Positions 19,571-27,245 of a DNA stretch of 64,000 bases are shown here, in pieces. This stretch comes from an uncultured delta proteobacterium (GTDB taxonomy: Bacteria > Desulfobacterota > Binatia > UBA9968). The notes below the pieces were generated by a model. The model was given only the letters and a program-made list of their open reading frames with translations, did no database searches and was not told the DNA's origin. The DNA lies in contig CAVUZH010000005.1 of the NCBI GenBank assembly GCA_963745835.1, positions 32,001 to 96,000 on the forward strand. Reading direction: 5' to 3'. Positions within the stretch are counted from its first letter, which is position 1; each line of letters opens with the position of its first letter. A program made the translations under genes and the position numbers.

Positions 19571-20215
19571 CTAAGCCGACTTGGCGAATCCTTCGTTCAC
19601 TTCTTTCTCGTAGGCGAGCAGCTTCTTGACGCTCGGTCGTTCTTGCATTCGCTTGAAATGCGCCGTGACGTTGGGGAAGTCTGAAAGGCCCACACCCAAC
19701 TGGGTGGCGCGCCGGCAACACCAGAAGAAATGGGCGTCTGGGGCGGTGAAATGATCGAAGAAGTATTCGCGCCCGGTCAGCATATCGTCGGCGATCTGGA
19801 AGTTCTCGAACAGTGCGTCGGTGGCGAATTTGACCACGCTGTCGGACGCGCCCGGCCCGTCACAGACTTTGCCCGGGTTGTTGATCCGGCTCAGATACGG
19901 GTGGATGCCGCTGGCACACCAGGCATGGAGCGAAATCGCCTGCAACTCGTCCCAAGGATCGCCGGGTAGGATCTTCGCGTTGGGAAAGGTCCGATGGACC
20001 CATTGATGGATGGCGACGTTCTCGCTCAGTATCTTGCCATCGACGACAAGGGTAGGCACCTTGTGCTTCGGACTTATTTTCAGGTACTCGGGCGAGAAAT
20101 GCTCGCGCTTGCGGTAATTGAGCGGCCGGGCCTCGAAATCGGCGCCCGCTTCGGTCAAGGTGACATAGGGAGCGAGCGCGCAGGTGTTGGGGGCGTAGTA
20201 GAGAGCAATTTTCAT
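19571..20215 (-). CDS. Glutathione S-transferase (beta-class-like)
   Basis: LYYAPNTCAL, SPKHKVPTL, LSENVAI, SGIHP, FTAPDAH, RMQERPSV. Confidence 0.9.
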   Translation of the reverse strand: MKIALYYAPNTCALAPYVTLTEAGADFEARPLNYRKREHFSPEYLKISPKHKVPTLVVDGKILSENVAIHQWVHRTFPNAKILPGDPWDELQAISLHAWCASGIHPYLSRINNPGKVCDGPGASDSVVKFATDALFENFQIADDMLTGREYFFDHFTAPDAHFFWCCRRATQLGVGLSDFPNVTAHFKRMQERPSVKKLLAYEKEVNEGFAKSA

Positions 20216-20257
20216 TTACGTCTCCTCGTTACGATAATTGATCAACGTTTAATTGCG

Positions 20258-20286
20258 AATTTAGTACCAGCGTCGGGTAAGTGCAA
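20258..20286 (-). promoter_or_regulatory. Putative sigma70 promoter of GST gene
   Basis: Minus strand TTGCAC-17 nt-TAAATT, followed by a GAGGAG RBS. Confidence 0.4.
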
Positions 20287-20305
20287 CACACAAAAGAGCC
20301 GAAGC

Positions 20306-20350
20306 GATTCCAGCAGTTCCAACGGTCCCATTCGTTCCAGACGTTCAATT
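20306..20350. repeat. Tandem nonamer array (5 units, GTTC core)
   Basis: GATTCCAGC AGTTCCAAC GGTCCCATT CGTTCCAGA CGTTCAATT. Confidence 0.8.
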
Positions 20351-20523
20351 CCGGATCGATTCCGGTTACAATCAAAAGTCTTGACCGGCATGCCGTTAAG
20401 CTACTCGAGGTGGCAAGCTAGTTTGGGGCCGACAGCGCGCCCGGCCGGCGATGTTGCTCATGATTTAAATTTTCTATAAATATCTCTGGATATACAATCG
20501 GCAAAAGATCAGGAGGTAGGATC

Positions 20524-21120
20524 ATGTCAACCACAACGGAGCGCCCTCTCGCTGACGCGCTCACCGCAATCAAGACGCGCCGCTCGGTGAAGGAGTATAA
20601 TGAAACCGAGATTCCTCGGGAGTGGATCGAGGAGCTGCTCGACGCCGCTCACTGGGCGCCCAACCACAAATTGACCCATCCCTGGCGTTTTCACGTGTTC
20701 ACTGGAGAGGGGCGCGAGCGCTTGGTCGCGGCGCGACAAGCAGCAGTGCGTGCGGCCGCGGAGAGAAAGGGTGAGCAGGTGAGCGAAGACGCTCTCAACT
20801 TTGCTCGGGCGAAGTGTTTTTCTTCCCCGGTCGTGATCATCGTTTCCATGGTAGGCGATGAGAAAAAAATCGTTGACCAGGAGAACTACGCGGCTTGCTG
20901 GTGCGCGATCGAGAATCTGCTGGTCGCGGCGAATGCGCGTGGTCTGGGCAGTTATCCGAGCACGGGCGACTGGATCGACCAAAACTTCGTCGGCCCGGTT
21001 CTCGGACTCACCGAAAAAGAGCGGCCGGTGGCATGCATTTTCCTGGGATACTCCGAGCAGAAGACGATGGCCAAGCGCCTGCCGGTGGAGCGCCATACCA
21101 CCTGGTACACTGAGCCCTGA
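20524..21120 (+). CDS. Nitroreductase-family FMN protein (YdjA-like)
   Basis: IKTRRSVK, AAHWAPNHKLTHPWRF, AIENLLVAANARGLGS, IFLGY. AGGAGG RBS. Confidence 0.9.
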   Translation: MSTTTERPLADALTAIKTRRSVKEYNETEIPREWIEELLDAAHWAPNHKLTHPWRFHVFTGEGRERLVAARQAAVRAAAERKGEQVSEDALNFARAKCFSSPVVIIVSMVGDEKKIVDQENYAACWCAIENLLVAANARGLGSYPSTGDWIDQNFVGPVLGLTEKERPVACIFLGYSEQKTMAKRLPVERHTTWYTEP

Positions 21121-21125
21121 AAGGG

Positions 21126-21230
21126 GTTTCGAAAGGTTCAGAACGTTCAAGCGCTTTGCTCAGTTGAAGATGTTTAGAAAAACGTGGTTCCACACGTTCC
21201 AAAGGTTCCAGTGGTTCCAGACGTTCAATC
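21126..21230. repeat. Tandem nonamer array (~11 units, GTTC core; degenerate units continue to ~21400)
   Basis: GTTTCGAAA GGTTCAGAA CGTTCAAGC GCTTTGCTC AGTTGAAGA TGTTTAGAA [AAACGT] GGTTCCACA CGTTCCAAA GGTTCCAGT GGTTCCAGA CGTTCAATC. Confidence 0.85.
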
Positions 21231-21475
21231 TCCTGGAGATAGTCCGAGGTTCGTTCATCACCGGGCTCGGACCATTTCCACACGCTCCAATTGGCCACTG
21301 TTCAGCGGTACAGATCGGTCGCTCGGTATCGCACTTTTTCCCATTGCAGCGCAGCCGTTCGTTCGAGACTTCAAACCAACAGTAAGAACGGGACGGTTCC
21401 AAATGCGCTATTTTTTCGAGGTAAAAATATCTTCCGCCGGTGGCAGTCGCCGGCAATTCTCTGGAAAGGTGCAAC

Positions 21476-22663
21476 ATGACCGAAGTTTTGCCTGCCGCTG
21501 AAAACGATACCGGCACTGCGCCGCGCGCATCGTCCAACACTCGCCATCTCTGCCGGATGGAGCTTGCGGGGGGAGGGCAGATCGTCATCGACGGGAATTA
21601 TGCTTATGTCGGCCATCAACACCGACCGAATGGCACGACGATCCTCGACATTTCCGACCCGCGCAAACCAAAGATTCTCAGCACTCTAAAGCCCAATCAT
21701 CCCTGGTCGCACTCGCATAAGGCGCGGATCGTCGGTGACCTCATGGTCGTCAATTCCGAGTTTGAGCGCGGCGACGGCCGCCTCTCGGAATATCCGGACG
21801 GCGGCTTTCGCATCTATGACGTCAAAGACCGAACCAACCCTAAGCTTGTGAGCTTCGTAAAAACGCACGGCAAGGGTGTGCATCGTTTCGATATCGACGA
21901 GAAATACGCGTATATCTCGACCGAAATGGAAGGCTACATCGGCAACATTCTGGTCATCTATGATATCCGCGATCCATCGCGGCCGGTGGAGGTCTCGCGC
22001 TGGTCGATGGAGCGACAGAACGTGGCGGGCGGCGACGAGCCGCACCCGAAGCGGGCCCAGCACCGCCTGCACCATGCGCTGCGCTGCGGCACCGAGATGT
22101 ACGCCGGCTGCTGGATGTCGGGCATCTCGATCATAGACGTAACCAACATCAATGCCCCGCATACGCTGTCGCGCTACGAGTATGACCCGCCTTGTCCCGA
22201 GCCGACCCACACCTTCCTTAAGGTGCCGCACCCGATCGGCGGCAAGCGGATCGCAGTATCGACAGAGGAGGAACGCTCGCAGCGGGGCGCCGATGCAGGT
22301 AAGCCGCACGCGCCGCTGCGCACCTGGGACGTTAGCGATCCGACCAATCCGAAGCTGCTGTGCTCGTACTACCTGCCGGAGTCCGCGACGCCTTACTCCG
22401 CGGGCAAGGTCCGTTTCGGCACGCATCAGCTACGCGAAAAGGTGGAGAAGGACAATCTTCTCTATGTCACCTGGTTCGCCGGCGGCCTGCGAATCATCGA
22501 CATCAGCGAACCGGCGAATCCCACGGAGCGGGGCTATTTCATTCCAAAACCAGGGGACGGGGTTGCGGCGCCGCTAACCAACGACATCTTCAAGGACGAC
22601 CGCGGTCTTCTATGGGTGACCGATAAGGAGCGCGGCCTCGACGTCATCGAATATCAAAATTGA
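21476..22663 (+). CDS. LVIVD-repeat beta-propeller protein
   Basis: Repeats ILDISDPRKP, IYDVKDRTNP, IYDIRDPSRP, IIDVTNINAP, TWDVSDPTNP, IIDISEPANP. Conserved His clusters. Confidence 0.85.
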   Translation: MTEVLPAAENDTGTAPRASSNTRHLCRMELAGGGQIVIDGNYAYVGHQHRPNGTTILDISDPRKPKILSTLKPNHPWSHSHKARIVGDLMVVNSEFERGDGRLSEYPDGGFRIYDVKDRTNPKLVSFVKTHGKGVHRFDIDEKYAYISTEMEGYIGNILVIYDIRDPSRPVEVSRWSMERQNVAGGDEPHPKRAQHRLHHALRCGTEMYAGCWMSGISIIDVTNINAPHTLSRYEYDPPCPEPTHTFLKVPHPIGGKRIAVSTEEERSQRGADAGKPHAPLRTWDVSDPTNPKLLCSYYLPESATPYSAGKVRFGTHQLREKVEKDNLLYVTWFAGGLRIIDISEPANPTERGYFIPKPGDGVAAPLTNDIFKDDRGLLWVTDKERGLDVIEYQN

Positions 22664-22956
22664 GCTGGAAGCGCGGCACACACTGATCCGACATTATTTT
22701 GGAGCGGGCGAGGCCGGGCGACACCTACAGCCGTGGACAATAGAGCAGTGCCTTGAAGGCCACCCCGCATTCCCTCAGGGTAATGTTTTGTACGCCGGGG
22801 CCTTAGGGCAAACTGTGCGCTCGGATGCCCACGGCTTGCGGTCTCGCCCTCCTCGCTCACTGCTAAAGGTGCTCAGCTTTGTCGGATTAGGGCTGAATGC
22901 TGTCTGGTCTTGCCTCACGGGTCGAGGCAAGTTCAAATTCGTCGGGGCTCCAGCTA

Positions 22957-23005
22957 GTGTCAGGTCATATCGCATTCACAGATGGTGAATGCGATGTGCG
23001 GCACC
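22957..23005. repeat. REP-like hairpin abutting RAYT remnant
   Basis: GTGTCAGGTC-ATATCGCATTCAC-AGATG-GTGAATGCGAT-GTG. Perfect 11-bp stem (22969-22979 / 22985-22995), extendable with a G:T pair. Confidence 0.65.
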
Positions 23006-23165
23006 GTGGAACGAAAAAGGACAGTGGATTTGCCGGGGCGTTTTACCATGTGATCTGCCTGGGCAATCAGCGGCTGGTCAATTTTCGCAGTGACGCGGAT
23101 CGTAAGTATTACCTTGAGCGGTTGGAGCCAGTATCGTGAGCTATAGCTGAAGGTATATGCCTTAC
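23006..23165 (+). pseudogene. REP-associated tyrosine transposase (RAYT/IS200-like Y1) 5' remnant
   Basis: Translates across frameshifts as MERKRTV.FAGAFYHVICLGNQRLVNFRSDADRKYYLERLE.QYRE...KVYA. This matches the RAYT N-terminus G..YHV..RGN....IF..D.D and is truncated before the HUH motif. Confidence 0.8.
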
Positions 23166-23258
23166 GCCCACACGGCCTCATCCGCTTGGTGCGGCAAGAT
23201 TTAACGATTATCGTGCGATGGGGTATTGGTATATCAGAGAGATCGTCGGAGGTGATGC

Positions 23259-24284
23259 ATGCGTTATCTTTCTCGACGTTTGAAACTCTGCCTTTCAATT
23301 TTCCTGATTCTCTGTTTTTCCAGTATAGAGCATGTCTTCGCTGACGATGTTGTCCTTATGTCTTATGGCGGACACAACGAGACTATCGGCCCGTATTGGG
23401 TTGCCGTCGATAAACGGCTTTATCAGAAACACGGTATCGACGCGCGCTTGCTGCAAGTGCGCAATGCGCAGATCAGTTTGACCGCTGTCATATCCGGTGA
23501 AGTACCGATATTTCTCCCTTCTATCGCAAACGTTCTCAGCGGCGTATCGGCTGGTGCCAAACTTGGCTGCGTTGCCTTTCCGATCAAAGGCGTTTCGCGC
23601 GAGTTGGTGGTGCGCAAGGACATCGATTCGTTGGAAGCGTTGCGCGGCAAGACCATTGGCGTGCAAAGTATCGGCGGCGGTTTTTGGCTGCAAACCATGA
23701 TGTTGCTAGACGCGGTGGGCGTGGACCCCGACAAGATTGGTATGAAAATGCGCGTGATTGGCGAGGAGGCGACCATCGTGCAGGCTTTGGTGAGCGGCAA
23801 CGTCGATGCCGCCGTGGTCACTTTGCCCTCGGCGCAGGTGGCCAAGCGCGGCGGCGCCCGCACTCTAGTCAGCACTGCGGATTTGCGTATCGCGCTGCAA
23901 ACCGTCGGCTTATGCGGCCGCAACGAGCGCATCGCCAACTCACCGGAGCTGATGACGCGGCTCGCCAGAGGCATGGTTGACGGCATTGTTTATATTCTTG
24001 ATCCGCGAAACAAAAAAGAGGTTAGCGCGGTTTTGAAGAAGCACCTACGGCTGAGCGCCGATGAAGACGCGGAGACCTCGTATCATTCGCTCAGAACTAT
24101 AGTTAGTCTCGACATCGCGCCGGATCTTGCGGCGTTCAAAAACGTGCAGAGAATTGCCGCGCGGGTCAACCCCAAGATTGCCCAAGTTGACATCAACGAA
24201 GCGATCAACCTGAGCGTCGTGAAGACGCTCGAAGACAGCGGCTACTTAGCCGAGGCAAGAAGAAAACTTCCGGTTGCCCGCTGA
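23259..24284 (+). CDS. ABC-type substrate-binding protein, NMT1/THI5/SsuA family
   Basis: GGAGG RBS, signal peptide, LYQKHGID, ALRGKTIGVQSIGGG, ALVSGNVDAA, C-terminal NLSVVKTLEDSGYL. Confidence 0.85.
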   Translation: MRYLSRRLKLCLSIFLILCFSSIEHVFADDVVLMSYGGHNETIGPYWVAVDKRLYQKHGIDARLLQVRNAQISLTAVISGEVPIFLPSIANVLSGVSAGAKLGCVAFPIKGVSRELVVRKDIDSLEALRGKTIGVQSIGGGFWLQTMMLLDAVGVDPDKIGMKMRVIGEEATIVQALVSGNVDAAVVTLPSAQVAKRGGARTLVSTADLRIALQTVGLCGRNERIANSPELMTRLARGMVDGIVYILDPRNKKEVSAVLKKHLRLSADEDAETSYHSLRTIVSLDIAPDLAAFKNVQRIAARVNPKIAQVDINEAINLSVVKTLEDSGYLAEARRKLPVAR

Positions 24285-24466
24285 TGTCCTGTTAGTTAGA
24301 TCGCTAGGATAAAATCCGGAATAGATATCATAGACTTTCCAGTAGTACTCGCTTATGTGCGCCTTCTTTTGCTTCATCGGAGAATGAAAATATTCGACAT
24401 TAAGCCCTGCGGGACGTATCCTGAAAAACGGTTTGGAGAAGGAGCGAAAAAACATTGGGGTATTTG

Positions 24467-24856
24467 ATGACCGATGATTTAGCGAAACACGGATTTAGTG
24501 ATGCGGCATGGGAGCTGGCAAAAGCGGAAGGAAAAGCCGTGCTGGCGGAATTCGCGCGCGACAAAAAGATGATTTCATACATCGATTTTATGCATCAGAT
24601 CCGCTCGATCTCATTCGATACTCCTCGCGACTCAAGATTGCCGCAGTTCCTCGCAGAAATATCAACGGAAGAAGCCGAAGCAGGGCGCGGTATGATGACC
24701 GCACTGATCGTTAGAAAAACCGGCGATCAAAGGCCAGGTATGGGTTTTTTCCAACTCGGGAAACGCCTTGGTTACGAAGTATCCGATTCCGAGAAGTTTT
24801 GGCTCGAAGAAGTAAACAAAGTGTTCGCTAGCTGGCAAACCGAAGCCCGTCGTTGA
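24467..24856 (+). CDS. Hypothetical protein (~130 aa, conserved-looking small domain)
   Basis: Clean ORF with pattern AR....ISY....GR.M.TALIVRK.GD..PG.GFF, which I recall from small stand-alone proteins and nuclease-associated domains. Confidence 0.6.
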   Translation: MTDDLAKHGFSDAAWELAKAEGKAVLAEFARDKKMISYIDFMHQIRSISFDTPRDSRLPQFLAEISTEEAEAGRGMMTALIVRKTGDQRPGMGFFQLGKRLGYEVSDSEKFWLEEVNKVFASWQTEARR

Positions 24857-25129
24857 TGAGGCAATAAGCCGGCTGTGGGCTTTAGAAACCTTCAGTGCTC
24901 TTAGAGATGGCTCATCCGCTTTACTGACGCTGCGATCGAATCGCGTTCGGGTTGCCACTTAGCAGTGCGGTTTAATCCGCATCAGTCCCTGTGTGCTTCA
25001 TGTCACCCACGTGACCTGTTGCAGCGAAATCGATTTTGGATTAGGTCTCGACCGAACAATTTCGTCACGAACTTGAAAGTCAGTCCTCGCTGTACAAAAA
25101 GCCTGAACCTAATCCCTTGGAGATAAAAA

Positions 25130-25954
25130 ATGCCGACGGCCAATTTAAACGATGTGCAGATTTATTACGAGGATTCTGGAGAAGGCGAGGTCGTTTTGCT
25201 GGCGCCGCCTTCCTGGTGGCCATGCGACACTTGGAAAATCAATGTCGTGCCGTTTCTGTCACGGCGCTACCGCACGATCATCTTCGATTGTCGCGGCACT
25301 GGCTATAGCAGCAAACCGGATCATGGCTACACGATCAGCCAGTTCGCTAAAGACTGCGCCGGGCTTCTTGAGCAGCTGAAAATCACCCGGGCTCATGCGG
25401 CGGGATTTGCGCTCGGCGGTCAGATTGCTCAGGCTCTCGCCATCGAACGACCCGACTTGATTGCAACCTTGACGATCGCGGCGGCAGGCGCCGGAATGAA
25501 GGCAACCGACGGCACTCCCCGCCAGATGCGCAACACCGATGAAGAAGAGATTCGCGAGCACGGCTTCGAGCGCTTCATCCGTGGTCACGTCGAGAACACG
25601 CACATGGCGTTTGGTGAAAGATTCTACCGAGAGCATCCGGAAGTTGTCCGCGCGCTTGCCGATGCCTTGTGGAAAAGACAGACCAGTCCCGAGCAGCATC
25701 GCTATCATTACGAGGCGCGGCGCACCTGGGACACCCTTGGCAACGCGCCGAAAGTAAAAGTACCGACGTTGATTCTTTGCGGCGCGGAGGATGACGTTAA
25801 TCGCGGCGGCAGCACTCCGGTGGCAACGGCACGGCGACTTGCGGAGCTTGTTGCCGGCAGCGAGCTTGCGCTCGTACCCGACGTCAAGCATATGACATTT
25901 TGGGACGGCGACGGCGCGCTGATTGCGTTAGAAAATTTTTTGCAGCGCCATTGA
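25130..25954 (+). CDS. Alpha/beta-hydrolase-fold protein lacking the nucleophilic Ser
   Basis: IYYEDSGEG, FDCRGTGYS, elbow AAGFALGG (Ala at the Ser position), VPTLILCGAEDD, VKHM. Confidence 0.85.
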   Translation: MPTANLNDVQIYYEDSGEGEVVLLAPPSWWPCDTWKINVVPFLSRRYRTIIFDCRGTGYSSKPDHGYTISQFAKDCAGLLEQLKITRAHAAGFALGGQIAQALAIERPDLIATLTIAAAGAGMKATDGTPRQMRNTDEEEIREHGFERFIRGHVENTHMAFGERFYREHPEVVRALADALWKRQTSPEQHRYHYEARRTWDTLGNAPKVKVPTLILCGAEDDVNRGGSTPVATARRLAELVAGSELALVPDVKHMTFWDGDGALIALENFLQRH

Positions 25955-25965
25955 TCCAGTGGCCA

Positions 25966-25986
25966 TTGAACGTTGAGGATTGAACT
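25966..25986. repeat. Short heptamer array (3 units TTGA(A/G)NN)
   Basis: TTGAACG TTGAGGA TTGAACT in the 62-bp intra-operon spacer. Confidence 0.55.
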
Positions 25987-26016
25987 CTGGGCACAAAGAT
26001 CGGGAGGTATTGGCCT

Positions 26017-27078
26017 ATGAAATCTAGAGCATTCGTCGCGACGGTCATGGTCTGTTTGATGAGCGTTTTCTTTAGCGACACGGGCTACGCTCAAGAAAAG
26101 GGCAAGGGCGACAGCGAAGGCATCAAGGAACTTTACAACGCCGCCAGGAAGGAAGGGCGAGTAGTCATCTGGGGGCCAACGGATGCGATCGTTTATCAAC
26201 GCATGCAGGAGGCCTTGGATAAACAGTATCCCGGGATCAAGATTGAATCCTTCGAAAGCATCCCGGAGCCGCTCGTCCAGCGAATAATCGCTGAAAGCCA
26301 AGCCGGCAAGCCGGCCGCCGTCGATGTCATACAATCGGGGTCGTTACGGGCGCTGCGCCCTCTGATTGATCGCGATATGTTGGCGCCCTATTCGGGATGG
26401 GAAAAGATTTTTGGCCTCGATGCTGTCTATGCCGACCAGCGGTTGGTCGGCGGCTATAATCTTACCTTGCCCATTGCCTATAACACCAAGACCGTGAGTG
26501 CCCAGGAAGCGCCCAAACGTTGGGAGGATCTCGCGGATCCGAAATGGAAGGGCAGGAAAATCATCATCGAGGCACGTCTGGTTCCGTTCGCCATGCTCGG
26601 CACCGAATGGGGCAAGGACAAGGCGATCGAGCTGACCAAGAAAATAGTTTCACAGCAGCAACCGCTGATTGTTCAAGGCGGCACCACCGTTGCCAATGCG
26701 TTAGCTGGCGGGCAGGTTTCGATTGCCGTGGGCACGTACGCATTTACGATTGAAGGTTTGAAAAAACAGGGAGCGGCGGTGGATTGGGTTCCGGTTTCGC
26801 CATTGCCGGTTCTGACGTCTGCGGAGGGAGTTCTCAAAACCGCGCCGCGTCCTAATGCGGGTAGGTTTTTTGCCGGCTGGATGGGAACCCCTGAAGGGCA
26901 GAAGATAAGATACGCCAGCCGGGGCCAAGCCATGGAGGTGGGCAAGAACGCAATCGGGAACGTTGCCGAAAGAATTAGGAACGAGAAACCGCCAGTTATC
27001 TTGGAAACCGATAAGACCTTCACATCGATTCTCGAAATTCAGCGCGAGATGGGGAAACTGCTTGGAGCGCTGCGCTGA
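26017..27078 (+). CDS. ABC transporter substrate-binding protein (AfuA/FbpA-like family)
   Basis: Signal peptide, AARKEGRVVIW, IAYNT, PKRWEDLADPKWKG, APRPNAG..F.....EGQ. Confidence 0.85.
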   Translation: MKSRAFVATVMVCLMSVFFSDTGYAQEKGKGDSEGIKELYNAARKEGRVVIWGPTDAIVYQRMQEALDKQYPGIKIESFESIPEPLVQRIIAESQAGKPAAVDVIQSGSLRALRPLIDRDMLAPYSGWEKIFGLDAVYADQRLVGGYNLTLPIAYNTKTVSAQEAPKRWEDLADPKWKGRKIIIEARLVPFAMLGTEWGKDKAIELTKKIVSQQQPLIVQGGTTVANALAGGQVSIAVGTYAFTIEGLKKQGAAVDWVPVSPLPVLTSAEGVLKTAPRPNAGRFFAGWMGTPEGQKIRYASRGQAMEVGKNAIGNVAERIRNEKPPVILETDKTFTSILEIQREMGKLLGALR

Positions 27079-27245
27079 CAATTCGATGGCAACGCGCGTG
27101 CGCGAAGCACGGGGCCTATAAGAGAAGGCGATCGAGATCGCGGAGCCGGAGTATCTTGGCGCGATGAAACCCGTTCAGGTGCTTCGTGCGTTCATTCTTG
27201 GTATCAAAGTGACTTTGCATAATGGTCCGATAAGGGAACTCATCG

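Noticed and set aside
21126-21230. CRISPR-like array
   Set aside because: Units are 9 bp and contiguous with no unique spacers, and no cas genes are present.
20858-21622. ORFs with FQxFQx, VPxVPx, LEPLEP and WNxWNx tripeptide repeats
   Set aside because: These are translations of the 9-bp DNA array in different frames and overlap real genes; there is no evidence of coding.
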